Positions 34,780-48,600 of a stretch of DNA of 64,000 nucleotides are shown one piece after another. Origin of the DNA: Takakia lepidozioides. Taxonomy: Eukaryota; Plantae; Bryophyta. The position numbers were made by a program, and so were the translations under genes. The notes beneath the pieces are model-generated. The model was not told the DNA's origin, searched no databases, and saw only the letters and a program-made list of their open reading frames with translations. The stretch's first letter is position 1. Each line of letters begins with the position of its first letter. The stretch spans positions 33,232,001 to 33,296,000 of the forward strand of contig CM060734.1 in NCBI GenBank assembly GCA_030704615.1. Reading direction: 5' to 3'.

Positions 34780-37700
34780 ATGGGGGATATCGTGACAGAC
34801 GGGACGAGCCACCGGAAAAGGAGGTTGAGTGTGGATTTTGGCGTGGAGGCAGCAGCTAAGAAGAGGCAAAAAGATGCAAGGAGATTCAGTGAATCCGCTC
34901 AGATAAAGGAGATAAAGGAGGAGAGTGCGCAATTCTTTGAGCATGCTAAAGTTGATTTTAGTGTAACAGAGGTCCTACGCGATCGAAAGAGGAAGTGGGA
35001 GGGGGGGGATTTCGGGGAAGAGGATGAGAATTTGGGAGAGGAGGGTGGTGTAGGAGGCGCAGCGAACGCAGATAATTTAAGAAGATTATGTTCTGATTTA
35101 TCTGGAATTGTCGAAGGAGGGAATGATGAGCTTGGAGCGCAAGATGTAGAAGGCGGCAAGCAGGAAGTACAGAAAGACAGGAGTAATCAGGTTAGAGATA
35201 GAACCAGGAAGAGGGGCAAAAGAAACGTGAAGACGAATGACACCGTAGTTTTGAGCGATATCAATGGATCTTGGGCAAACTCTCTCTCAGGTTCTCACTT
35301 GGTAAGCCGTGGGCTTCTTTGTTGCTGGTTGTCTTTCATATTGTGTTGTAACCTTCGCATCTTCAGTTGTATATATTCAGTTTTCTTGTGGGGCCGGGAA
35401 GGTGGAGGACTGGAATACAATGCTGACTTGGACGAGGCATAGCTCCTACAGAGTACTAACCCTTCTCAAGCGCAGGTTTAAGAGAAGTTTAGCGAGGCCA
35501 CAGAAAGCAGGTGCGTCCTAGCCTGTGGAGAGAGCACCAACTCGCAGCTCTCTATAATTTGCAAAAGGATCTGACAAATGAGACCTAGATTTATTTTTTT
35601 GGGGGGGGGCGGGGGACAACTGATCCCCGGGCAATCCATAGAGCAAGGTTTGGTAAGGAAGGGGAGCTGGAGGGTGGTTCTGTAAGGTCACGTGCAGGAC
35701 TTTATGGTGAGTTTGAAGCAACTCGCCATGGAGCGTCTTCTTCGTAGCACAGGAGAAAATGCCCTTGCTGGCCTCCTCACTCCCACAGCTCTACGCACTA
35801 TCAGTGAGTGTAGTCAACTCCTCCAATGTACATTGAAAGCAGTTCTTTTCTTTGTCGACTTTTCCAGAGTTAAATGACTTTTCTTTATGTGTTGTGGGAT
35901 GGACCAGGTGTGATATTGCAAGAGTTTGTCAGGGACCGAATGCAGACATCCTGTCCTTCCTTGCAGGTAGATGAACCTCCCGGTGAAGTCCCCTCCCAAA
36001 AGTGAGGTGAATGGGCATTCGATTGGGCAATGCTTATACCCAAGGAAAATCCGACTGAAGAGGATGGTGCGTTGGGTCTCAATTCCAAAGAACATACTTC
36101 GAGAGTGTTAAGTCTTCTATTTCACAGAGCTAGTATGGAAAACTGGAGCTCAACTTGTTTGCTCACACAGTTGCAACAAAGATGTTCCTGGGCAAACACA
36201 GCAGAATATAGGGAGGCAGTCATTGAGAGAAAGCACGAGGGAGGGTCAGCAACTGCAAGACCTTAAGGGGGCCATGGGAGATGATGTGCAGGGGAGTGAG
36301 TTGCCATTGAGTCCTATGTCTGCAAGTCAAATATTTTTACTGGAGAAGGACACAACTAAAGCACAGCCAAAAAAGTGTACTAGGAAGGGGAAGGAAAGGA
36401 CGGTGGACCATTCTGCCATGTGACAACTACAGTACTTGAATTTCATAGCAAGGTTGCTCTTACCCAGTGCAAGGCTGCCCGATCTGAAAGCAAAGGCAAC
36501 ATCATCTTTAAGCCAACAGAGAGTAAAAAATGTTGCTGAGGTAGACTGGAAAACACCTTAGTAATCTGCTCAAGATCTTACAAATAGATAATGGAAGCTC
36601 AGAGGTATGGTGTCCGTGCCCTGATCTGTTAACCTATTTGGGGACTAAGTGGAGCTCGGTCTGTTGCAAGCTGTGATCAATTGAAGTGTTTGGATGTTGG
36701 ATTTTCCATGCAATGCGGTATTTTGATGTGAGCATGACCATCGTCACCCCTGGACCGCTCCATCTGTCTGTCTCTATCACCCCAGAATCAGCTCGCTTCG
36801 GATAGCCGATGTCAAATTCTTTTGCACCCACAAACTCAAGCCCAGTCACCAGGTTGTGAGGTCTAGACGTTCTTGTGTTGATGTTTCCGAATTCAGCATC
36901 GATGAGGAAGTCAAGGACATATGGGACAGGATGGGGCAGGATGAGCATGGGAGCTGGGAGAGCAATGCTGCCAGTTTGAGGAAGGTGATGTGTACCTTGC
37001 TGGCGACTGCCTCTAATGTGGAATTCTTTTGGGATCCCAAAGATGGCCATGGCAGAAACAAATGTGACGCCCTACTCACAGTCCGATCGGTTGCAGCTTG
37101 GCCTCCTGAAAGGGTGAGCACCCTCCAAATTATCTGCTCCTTCAAGCAAGCTGTTGTTTGGTCCCTCCCTTTGCAGCAGAAACACACACTAACATGTTCT
37201 TCACCTAAGTCTGACTCCACAATTTGGTAAGCAATCCGGGCAATTGCATGAAGTCTGTCTCTCTGCGAGTGATGCTGAAGTATGAGATGGAATGCGCACA
37301 GGCTTGGAAGAAACAAGTTAGGAGGCTTCCACACAGAAGAGGTCACAGTGTTGCTGGTGGCCATTATAGGAGGCCTTGGTAGTGTTCTCAGCTGAAAAGC
37401 TTCAGATGTACATGTGGATGCTCAAAAGCCAAAAGAAAGCCTTGAAGTTTACAGCCATACACATACAATGGGATGGGTCTCTCTTGAAGGGGTGGGTGCC
37501 AGGTGATTTTCTGGCTGGAAGGAAGTGGAAGGGTAGTCTTGGGGGCTGCTATACATGAGGGTGTTGTGTGAATTGACAGGCGGATCTGGCCATGCCCTTC
37601 CGACATCAACCCAAATTGGTCTCAACTTCCTCCAGTAATGCAGCTTATGCAGTTCCCTGGCACATTCCACCCTCGAGCTCGCTCACTGCCATCAAGGTGT
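34780..37700 (+). pseudogene. Degenerate multi-exon coding-like remnant of unknown function, probably TE-related
   Basis: Acidic/basic low-complexity ORF 34696..35442, apparent GT-AG boundaries (e.g. 35302/35379) and later open stretches (36856..37230) broken by stops. No family recognised. Confidence 0.3.
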
Positions 37701-39779
37701 GCTGTTTTCTTCCTGATTTTCTTGCGCGGTAGCAATTTGTGGTGAATATTTGGGTGGACTACTAGCACTGCAAACCTCCTCCAGCAGCAGCTATGAGCAT
37801 AAGGATGGGTTTGTTTTGGGCTGGAAAGGCCCTGCTCTACTGTAGCTAACGAAGAACAGAGCTGTTTCTTTCTCATCTCTCACTGAGGTCTTCCATTATG
37901 AGGATCAGAAATGCTTGGCAGCTTGTCGGCATCACCACATCCATCAATGATGGGTGAACTATGATAAGCTGATGGCTGTACGTCCAGTGACAGGCAGCAT
38001 GCAAGTCTTTGACCAAAGTCTAGACAAACAAAAACAACCATTCACAAAAACTTCAACCCAACAAAAACTGCCCATGACAACCACTCAAAGCAAATCCAAA
38101 AAGCTTGTCGACACCCCAAACACCTCAGACATCGATGAGGCTTGCAATGCATCTCAAGTCATGTGCCACTGTCCAGACAACCCGTGGTGCCTGCAGAAAC
38201 CTGTCTACCACACCCTGCCTCTGGTAGACTATTGACAATCAGCCCCCACAGTACACTAGCCCTTCACAGTGGCTTTCTCAAGCCATACATAGGTTGGGTA
38301 ATGTGCTGTGGTGCACCCTCACTTTACAAACATTACATCTATACTCAGATAGAAAATGAACAAAAGAATCGCTGTCTCCAATGCCGTACCTCATTTGTAG
38401 TCACAAGCGCTACGGTTCCACTTGTAATATTCTTCAAAAAGTACTTGTTAATAAAGTCGACGTTGTGTTGAGTGTCGACACAATTGTGGGATCAATATAA
38501 TTTTTGGCGTCTAACATTTTTCATCATCAACGAGTTGCGTGCTCAGAACAGAAGCTATGGCGGCTATGCTCAAGTGAAATTACCAACTGATTGCCGCGGT
38601 ATGAGCGGTGGCAATGGCGACTGATCCGTGCTCACAAACGAGATCAATTGCATGTTTATTTCCTCGGTCATCTCTGTCACTTTCACAGGGGCCCGACGGA
38701 CATTGCTCAGGCGAGCTCTTTCTATATCGTGAATGTTATTTACATTGAGTGTTTCTTCTCTCTCTATTTCTCCATCAATTTGTGGCCAGCGATTAGGAAA
38801 GCTCCCGGAGAACAATAATGCATGCCCAAAAGGGACAGAGCTGAAGTCCGGCTACATGATGGTGAGCATAGCGCTCCAATTACTTTCATCTTTGTTATGC
38901 AAGATCTGATTTCAACTTCATGTCCTGGCTTCTGATCTGCTAGGGCCAAAGTTGTTGTCTGTTTTCAAATTTTTCTTAGAAACCTTAAAGGAAACCTGGG
39001 AGCGACTGCACACTCTCAGTTTGCTCCCAGATTTAAGGCCATTGTTCGGAATTTCTTAACGGAACAGTTGGTGATCAGGTTGGCAGGATCTGACGAGCAA
39101 GAGATATTCCGTAATCCGGTTGTTTTGCAAATGGACTCTGACGCAATTATAAGTCTTAGTTCAATACTTAAACTATCTCTGATCCTAATTTGTGGACACA
39201 GATCAACGTATAATCGATATATCGCATACTGATCACAACACAGATGCCACAAAGAGCTACAAAGATTCTTATCGTTCTCAATGATCTGAAGATGGTGATG
39301 TACCTTTACAAAGTCAATTTGAAGCGAAATTCAGTACTTTCTGCCACAAATGTCTAGGGCGTTCTTAGTGTTGTCTTTTCTCTGTCTCTAGAAGCCTTAT
39401 TCAAGGCCGCCAAGCTCCGCTCCATGCAACCTTCCGAGTAACTTTGTCAAGGCAGGGCATCAAATACCATAGCACGTTGTCAGATTCATGCTTCTGGCGA
39501 AACCAGTTTTTTTCTTGTGGCCTAACTTCAACCTGGAAAATGGGGAAAATGAAGCTAAACCCGGGTTACTGCACGGTGAGCATGCACAGCAGGTTTATGA
39601 TTACTAGGCCAGAGATTAGATGCAGGGGTAGTTAAGGGAGATGACTCGGTGGGTCCGATGTCTCGGGGTACAATGGTTTTGGGTGCTACTGTATATGGGT
39701 ATTGTGGAGGGTGTATACGATCCTACGCAGGGTAGGACTCGAGGTCGCAGGTGGGTGTGTTGGTGTGGGAGAGAGAGAG

Positions 39780-40976
39780 ATGGCAATACGGTTTGTGCTG
39801 CTGGTGAACAAGCAGGGGCAAACCAGACTAGCGCAGTACTACGAGTACCTCACCATCGATGAGCGGCGTGCACTCGAAGGCGAAAATGTCAGGAAGTGTC
39901 TTGCCCGATCTGATAATCAGGTGAGTTCCTCTTTTTGTGACGGAATTGCGATTCCCCCTGCCTGACCTTCTTCGGCGGACAACTGTTAGTCGCATTTGAG
40001 TTTTCAACAAAGATCTCTCGTCCATGGAGGACAACTGTGGTATAAGTGCTGAACGCGTCCGTTGTGTTTGATGACAGTGTTCATTTGTGGAGCACCGTAA
40101 CTACAAGATAATATATCGCCGCTATGCCTCTCTCTTCTTCCTCGTTGGCGTTGATGGTGAAGAGGTATTGGTCGCTTGCCTCCCTGAATTGACAAAGTCC
40201 TTCCGTATCTACTCATGTCCCCTTCGTTTCTTCATGTGCATGTGTCAATGTTGCTGAGGTCTAGCAGTGTAGTCCCTGGCGCGTATATATGGAATTCTTT
40301 TTTGGGGGATGCTGAGAACACTAAGAGAATGCAATTAAGCCAAATGCAATCTGAAATCCAAGCTCATCAGATCATAGTGGATTGTACGCCGGAATGCAAC
40401 ACTGTTAGTGTCAGAGTTTGCAAAAGACGAGACGTAGACCTCATCGGGCATTTGTTGGCTGTTTGTACTTGAATGGGGAAGGATTGGTATTATTTTGGGT
40501 TCCAAAGGCAGACATTTGCTGCAGGGTCTGAATTAGCGATTTTGGAGTTTATCCATAGCGTGGTCGAGACTATGGATCACTACTTTGGCAATGTGGTACA
40601 CACTTTGTCTTTCTATGACACTATTGCACATTATGCTTTCTAGTAGGATGTCAACCTAGTTCAAAGATGGTTAGTGCTTTTGTTTCTTGCAATTCCTAGA
40701 GCCTGAATTTGGTAGGTGGTCAAGAGTGTCCTCCATTTTTCTCTTGAGTCAGTCGGTTATGCTCAGGTAGGAGTTATCTCATTGTCATTCAATGAGCAGA
40801 ATTACATGTTTTAACCAAAGAGCATGGTTGGGGGTGTCCAGTGTGAATTGGACATAATGTTCCATCTGGAGAAAGCGCACTTCATGTTGGAGGAGATGAT
40901 CATGAATGGCTGTGTTGTGGAGACCAACAAAACCAACATTTTGACCCCTATCCAACTCATGGATAAATCCTCATAG
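39780..40976 (+). CDS. AP4S: AP-4 complex subunit sigma; exons 39780-39920, 40078-40164, 40512-40595, 40842-40976
   Basis: MAIRFVLLVNKQGQTRLAQYYE...CSFVEHRNYKIIYRRYASLFF...ELAILEFIH..VETMD.YFGNVCELDIMFHLEKAHFMLEEM. KQGQTRL and DIMFHLEKAH are sigma-4 diagnostic. Confidence 0.9.
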
Positions 40977-42109
40977 CCTTTCATTGTATCATCCCTCTTC
41001 GCTATCGGAACAAGTTTGGTGGATATTTCTTGGTTCCAAGGTTAGTAACTATTACGTATACCAAAGATCATTGTGTACTTATTATTTGGGGGGCCTGTGA
41101 GCAGACTTGTACGGCGTGAGGTCTCGTAACCTCCCAAGTGGAGGAGGTTGAGGCTAAGACTAGTGAGTGCCCGAGCTATGTTGCTCAAAGTTGAACGAGA
41201 GACAAATTTTCACTTGCAACCCGAGGGAGCCATTCCACACTCCCCCATGGGCAATGAAGCAGTTTGAATGTCTGCGATTTAACAAGCCTGGCAAGGTTCT
41301 TTTATCAACTCTTGATAAAGCTTACTGGGTTTACCTGGTTACGTGTCTTTCCCTTGTTCTATTGACAAGGAAGTGCAGTATCTCATCATTTCACACAACT
41401 GTCACTGATGGCCACAGCTCCACCACTTGTCTGCCTGAACCACTGTAAGTTTATATCTCATAGTCTCTGAACTGAAGATTTAAGGTTGGCCGTTGTTGGA
41501 ACAATTTTCAGTAGAATTTAGCTACTTAGGATAATTTGAGTGTAAAGCAAGAGTAAAGGATTGACTGACGAAACCTGTGGAGCTTTATTTACAAACTGAC
41601 ATGAGGCAACTGGTCTTATCTTTTTTGTGTAGGGTAAAGAGCTGGAGCAGGTGAACAGTTTAAGGCCCCTATAGAGACAACTCTATAGAGGCTGCAAACA
41701 GGTGAAAAGCCCACACTCCAGCTCTTTACCGGGCGTAAAAAATAATTTTAACTTTTTTGGCGCTCCTCTTCATCTATTCGCGCAGGCTTGTCTTTCTCCT
41801 CCGTGCTTCTCCGTTTCTGTGCACACAGTAAAAATTGTGGTAGAATTTGCTGATGACTGGACTAGTGGTGTCCGTAAGCAACTCTCCAGGCTGGCGCGGG
41901 CGTTTCGCTGTGTAACGTACCAGGCCTACTTACGCGTTAGATTACGCCCTATAAGGCCACGCGATATATACTACAAAAATTTGAAGCATTTTTTACGGTG
42001 CAATTTGCAATTGAGGCATCAATGAAAACTCCTCTCTTGGATACAAATTTTGCTGTCCTCTGCCTCTTGTAAAGTCATCATTTAACGGGGTTATCTCTTC
42101 TTCCTTCCC

Positions 42110-42190
42110 GCTTTTTAGCTCTGTCCGCCAAGGCTGTCGCTTGGCCCTTTTTCTTTTCCTGATTGTTGCTGATGGCCTGGGTCATCTTGA
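42110..42190 (+). mobile_element. Tiny LINE RT fragment
   Basis: SVRQGCRLALFLFLIVADGLGHL, homologous to 32200-32270. Confidence 0.6.
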
Positions 42191-42229
42191 ATCTAGGCAG
42201 GATAGCGTGCATGAGATAACCAAGCTCAG

Positions 42230-43010
42230 TAACTTTTTCTCACTCATGATACTTCGAAAAACCCATTCTATGTATTTTTTCAAGAGCACATCCAGGACAA
42301 ATTCTGCATCCATATCATCTTTGATGATCTTTAGTCCATGAACCATGTCTTGGTCCCCATCTTCCGGATGATGGCATTGTTAAGGTGGCCAAATTTGTAG
42401 TGTCATAACTTGAGGTTGTTCTTTTCATTTGATGGTAAGTGTGGACCAGTGGCTGCTGCATATTATGTCTAGTCACTAACAATTGCAACTTTGAAACGTA
42501 GCAAGATTATCATGTCCCTCAGTTCTCTGTTGTATTTACACCTCTTCCTTTACATTTCATTGTCATCATTCTTTGTCATAGATATTGTTGACATTTCTGT
42601 AGGCAAGTCAAGCTATAGAAAAATAGGTTCTCTTGAGCCCTGGAATATAAAGCACGTCTCTTAGCGGGCCACACTGCCACTAATTGTCCACAAAGACTAA
42701 GATGTTGATGTCACCACATCGAACAACCTAGACGGTATGGTCTATAATAACTGGCACCGACATTTGACAACACCTATAGTCTTAAATGTTTTGAACCATT
42801 GCCACTTGTCCCGTGTCATATGTTGTGACACTCTACTCTCTGCAAACCACTCATTCCTCACTTCAACAATAAGGGCCACTTTCAATGTAGACTCGTTTTT
42901 CATGCTACTGATGTCACATAGAAGGAGCACGGGTCTGCATAGGCACTTCCATGTGCATTACACCCGTGCAACAGTAACCGGGTCTTGTGCACCGCAACCC
43001 TCACTCAATG
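42230..43010 (-). mobile_element. Degenerate Ty1/Copia remnant (protease to GAG-pre-integrase)
   Basis: EWFAESRVSQHMT (cf. WxxDSGASxHMT), LRDVLYIPGL and HYKFGHLN on the minus strand, with many stops. Confidence 0.7.
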
Positions 43011-44406
43011 TGAAGGGTTGGCCGGGTCCTGTTCTTTCATTATGACTGACCCTAGAAGGTCAAAAACATTGATTTGACTTGCTAAAGAGGTCACCCATTC
43101 CTTATTCAAACTCCATGTCATATTCTCACGCTCGACTTCCACAAGGATAGCCGGCGCACATAGTAAAACGGGTTTAGGTATTGGGTGGCACATGGAAGGA
43201 CTATCCAAAGAGTCAATTGAGAGCACCCTTGGTAAACCCCATCTTGTATGATGTCAGCGAATGGAAAAGGGTTCACATGGAAAGTGCCCTAAATGTTGGT
43301 TACACGTGTGTAAGATTTCTAGAAAGAGATCACTAAGCAATGCACCACATACTCCAACACAATCCACAACAATTCTTGTTGGCTCAACAAGAGAGTTGTT
43401 GATACCCATGGTATTTAGGATGACATCAAACAACTGACATCTATATACTGGATATCTGCGGCACTACAACAACGATATGGGTACTGCCGGGCCCTTGAGA
43501 ATTGTGCGCATCTTATATGTGGACGAACATAATCTCTGTTCATTGTATAATGTTATGATGCGCAAGGCACCGGGTTATTATTGTAGAAGCGCCATACACA
43601 TAATATATTGTTCTAATTGATTTCGTTGCCAATAACATTTGAGTTTACAAATTGAAAATCAAACTTGTCCTTGTCCTTCATACAATATTCAACTATTCTG
43701 ATATATATGTGCAGACCTTTGTCTCTTAACATCTTGCAATGTAAATACAAGATCGGGGTGGTGCAGTTTTTGGATCACCTCATCCCATTTGCTTCTTAAT
43801 TAATTATAAAACATGACCACACTGAAAACAAACAATCAACATACCATTTGCAAGTGCAGATTCAACAATGTTCCACCTCTTTCGAAAGTGCCAACCCACT
43901 CTTGAAGTATTGGCAAATGAATAACTCCATTTTTCACAAACATGTATCCATAGCTGTTGATAGCTAAGTTGCCTTCCCCTCTCTCTATTGTTACTTTGCC
44001 CTCTCTCTTGCTAGCCCTTTATGCGCATCGTCTTCCTTCCACACTTAACCTTGCACTTTAAGCAAAACTGAACAGAGCACATAACTTAAATAGTGAACGG
44101 CCATTCACATGTTGACAAACGATTCCATCTTCCCCCACACCGATTCGCCTCGCTCCCTTCGTCTCTATTTCGTTGACCTTCGAAATTTCCTCAAACTGTT
44201 GTTGGGTAGTGACTTATTATTAGCGCTCAAAATCATTCTTCTTCTGCGACTCCCGCACGCACGTCTGCCTTCACGAGTCACCAGTAGTGAGAGAAACGAT
44301 AATTACTGTTTAAGTATATCCCTTCCAGACTCATTGGGGGCGTTTCTCGGCGAGCTACAAATCTGGGAGGTAGCTAGCACGAGTTCAGACGTGGGTGTGA
44401 ATGGAC

Positions 44407-45022
44407 AAGTGTTGGGCGAATGTTAACTTTTTTTTAACATCCCCCTATTCCACGTAGTATTTTACATATCCATCGGTTCCGGGTATTACCAACATGACAA
44501 GCAGCGGATCCAGGTATGCATCCGGTTACTAAATTTAGGGCTAACATATCCGCCCGGTATTACACCGGATATACAATCTTTTTCTTTTCATACTTCCATA
44601 TCCGCCGGTTATGCATCTATCTAGATCGTAAAGACCCGGCCAGGATTTTTTAGTTAGAGAGGATGGCGCCTTATGCGGAGGAATTTTCCCGCCGGGTGTG
44701 AGCGTGGCACCTTACGCCGCGTAAGGTTCCTCCTCTCCTCCAGAGGAAGGCACCTTGTAATGCTCTTGTGAACGTCAAATCGAGATGATCCCAGCCATCC
44801 ATGGTTAAAAATGCTGACTGTTTCTTTACGCCGGGTAAGGCCCTCAGACGGGGCCTTCCTGAAACTCCGGACCGCACTCATCGGCTACCGCCTCATGGCA
44901 GGCCCCTTATTTCAGGAAGGCCCCCCTCGGGCCTTACCCCATACTAAAAAATGTCAGTTCCGGGTCCGAAGACATTGATATCCGGGTTGATATCCTGACG
45001 ACTCTATATCCGCCCAACACTG
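44407..45022. mobile_element. Non-autonomous hAT-type DNA transposon (MITE-like)
   Basis: 8-bp TSD GAATGGAC at 44399-44406 and 45023-45030; TIRs AAGTGTTGGGCG / CGCCCAACACTG; subterminal ATATCCG repeats. Confidence 0.88.
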
Positions 45023-45604
45023 GAATGGACTATCTGCTTTTGACAATGAATGTGGTTGTGGGTTCAAACCACGGTCTGGTGTGTCATGAAGGTGTCCAGT
45101 GTCCACCTTTCAGCTGGAAGGCAGTAGCCCTTGTGGTGAAGTGATACCATAAGTTAAGCTCCCTTGGGGCGACGTCATACCCTTTTTATTTGCTGCTGAC
45201 GGCGGCGTACTGTTTCATTACCGACCTGAGGGTTTCTCTAACTCAGATTAGACACCCAGAAAAAGTGAAGGAAGCGAAGATAAGTTAGCCGATCTCGTAA
45301 AGCGCATCCCACAATCGTCGGTCGGTCGATTCCAAGCTAATATACCCCGCTACTAAGCTACCGTAAGCTACGGGAAGGTGGGCACCTCAAAGACCGTGGC
45401 GACTAGGAAGCCTACTTACTCACACGCAAACAATTTTGGAGTTTTGGAGTCCAGGCATCGCATTCTTTTCTCGGGATCCCTGGTCGGTCAAAAAGGCTGG
45501 AAATTTGAGTTGGGTTTTTTCAATCTTGTGTTCCGGATCTGCATCTTACAAGGATCTGTATGAGTGAGTAGCAGGGGGCGACAAGAAGGGAGAGAGAGAG
45601 AGAG

Positions 45605-48600
45605 ATGGATGCGAAGGCAGGAATGGAGTCTGCGAGGCGCCGCCTTCAAATCATCGAAGACCATGTACATTCTCGTCCTTCTGGTATGCCTCTCGCTCTC
45701 TTAGGCTCTCTGGGCCCTAGATAAAAGGTAGATTTAAGTTGGTTTGGGCAAGGATTACTGGTTGTGAAGCTTCATCAGCTGGAGCCCAGTTTACTTTTTC
45801 GTGCTGTAATAAACCAGCATAGCATGGCAACCCAATTGAAAACAATTAAACTGCGAGGTGGGAATACTATTGAGTGTCAATTATGCGTGTGGGATAGAGG
45901 GCGGAGGGGGTGAAGAGAGACATGCTGCTGCTTACACCCAGCTCTGCATGTCCTTGTGTGACTTAGCTGAGAGAGAGGGGGCATCAGTTTTCTGTCCTGA
46001 AATTGATGGCTTTCATATGCTTGCTACCATGGGCCCCGTAAGAGCGAAAGTTGATGATTCATTCTGTATCCTTCGCTTGCTGTACCTCAAAAAGAAGAGA
46101 AATCAAATGGTCTTCCGCTGAAAGCTCAAAGAGCTTATGGTACAATAGGAAGCAAGAAACAAGAAAGAGAGGGGCCAGAAGCAGCCCAAAAGCAGTTATT
46201 GGTATGCTGGAATAGACAATTCCCATGGATCTCGTAGTAGAAAGGGAAGTGAAAGAAGAAATGTTCTTCACTTTCGATTTCCCTGTTGTTCCCAGCGCAG
46301 CAGGGCATAGGCGGTCCTCACGTTGCAGGTTTTCCCACCTACCAGTCTCTATCCGCAGGCTGTGTGAGCCCACCCTGAACCTCCCCAATGCCCTCAGAAG
46401 AGGGGAAGATAGAGCTGCAGACAGGTAATTGGGCTACATTATTCTATTGTCATGGAGGACGAAGAATGTAGAAATGCAGTTTTGTTGTTAGAGTGGCTGG
46501 TTTCATGTCCACCAGATGTGAAGTTCCATAAGTCCTCATCTAATGCATCTATTGCAGTCCTGTTTGGAGAGAGAGAGAGTGAGAGAGATTTCGGAGGTAG
46601 CAATATATGAACCCCACAGATGAATATATGACACTGCGGGAAGCAGGAGATTGAAGTAACTAAGTTATCCTCATGAGGTACAATCCTCGCTATTGGTTAG
46701 TTCCTTGATTGATTACACCTGTAAGAGAAGTGCATCCGCCATATTTTGTTCTGAACCCCAAGCAGCAACTTAGGAAATGAGAAATACAATCCTTTCAATC
46801 ATGCCTTAATTCTAATTTTCAGCTGTTCAAGCTTCATACCCTTGTGGGTGAACACCCCACAACATCGACCCCACAAGGGTTCCATGAGTGCTTCTATTCT
46901 ACAAGGAGTATACCTTTGATATGCCACAAATAAGTGCCACAGGGAATGGTCAACGAGTGATCCGTCTCTCCTGTAGGTGTATCTTACCTACGCTCCCACC
47001 ATTTTGGATATGGAAGGAGTAAATCCAGGTGTGATCTGCATGGCTACATACAGGCATGTGAGCATAGAGCCCACCCCTGAAAGGGGGCAGTACCTGCAAG
47101 GGGAAGAGGCTTTTATTTACGCTGGGCTTTGGCCGGAGTCATCTCTGTGTCTCATACAGGCATGTGCCTGGTTGGAGTCAAGTTTAATCCACACGACCTG
47201 CTACAGTGATCCAGTGCCATAACTCTTGGCTGATCTTTTAGAACGTGTGATTCTCAATGCTGACCCTGTCCTTGCCTAAACCTTTTGAGTTACCCTAGGT
47301 CCCATTCTGATCCAAGTTTAGGTCTTAAAGGTTCTGTTTTCTAATTAAATCACACATTGGGGATGACTTTGGCAGAGGAATGTGCTCAACTGGAGGTGCA
47401 GCCAACAGTTGGGGAATTTTACCAGGGTATACTTCTTCTCCTCACTTGAAAATGCTTGTTGCCCTGTGTTGTTAGGAAGGGAACCTATTTTACATGAGTG
47501 ACATCTCTTGACAAGGACCTACACACTGCAGTAACTTTGACTTACTGTCAGACATGTTTTCATGATGGAGTGACACAAGGAAAGAAGACATTTGTGACAT
47601 CCACTGCAAAATCTTTGGGCCTATGGGGTAGAGAGATGTCATGTCCGGACATAGAAGAGCTTCCTGTGACAATCTAGTATGGAACCGGTTTCACATGATA
47701 CTTAGCACAATGACAGTGTTGCTGTATGGATGAGAGTGCAAATGTGGGATAGCGAGATCGTTATGTGGAAAAGCTGGCATAGCTCAAGAAGTAGCCACAA
47801 AACTGAAATAGATCAACAGACAGGATGGTGGAGGTCCATAGGAGGTGAGGTGGATATGGCAAGCAATGCAAGCAATCTCTAAGATGCACACAGACAATGC
47901 TCAATTCTGGTGTAATGTGTGGACTGTAATGTTTTGTATGTGCAGAACAAGGATACAGTGTTGTGTTGCCAGAAAAACTAAGCACTGGAAAATGGAATGT
48001 GTTCAGGTATGTCTGTACTGAGGCAACTTCATCTTTGAATTAATAGAGCCATCCATGCAGATTCCAAACCAAGATTGAATAGTTGGGGTTACAAGTTACA
48101 ACATTGTCTCTGATTTGGGATCGCATCCTTTCCTCCTCAGAGCAAGGCTGGAAAAAAATGTGCCATCCCCTGTGTGTTTGTATGTTTGTATTTGTCAAGA
48201 AGGCCTCCTTTAAAGCATGCCAGATGACTATCACAGCACCTTCCTTTCCATTGTTGAGAGGCTCCTGATGATGCCGAAACTTGTGATCCTCCTTGGATCA
48301 GCAATCTAGGTTGAACCTGTTTTTTTTGTATACCTCTTAGGGCTCCAGTGAGTGTACACATATAATAATTTCCTTCTCTCTGACAGAGTCCCTGCACCTC
48401 TGCTCACAAACTCTCAAAAAATTTGAGGCAGAGCCTGAAGCCCTGGTCCCGTTGGAGTCTAACTGCTGGGCAGATTACACACACCAGATTGATGCTTGTG
48501 GGGCTTTCTAGAGGAAATCTGGAGAGCCTGAACATTAAGTCCCACTATTGGAGTGAGCCCCTCCCAAAGGTAGAGTCTCTCCCTTTTTTTCAGCCCAAAC

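Noticed and set aside
43462-43472. CACTACAACAA as a CACTA transposon end
   Set aside because: No matching opposite terminus or 3-bp TSD was found.
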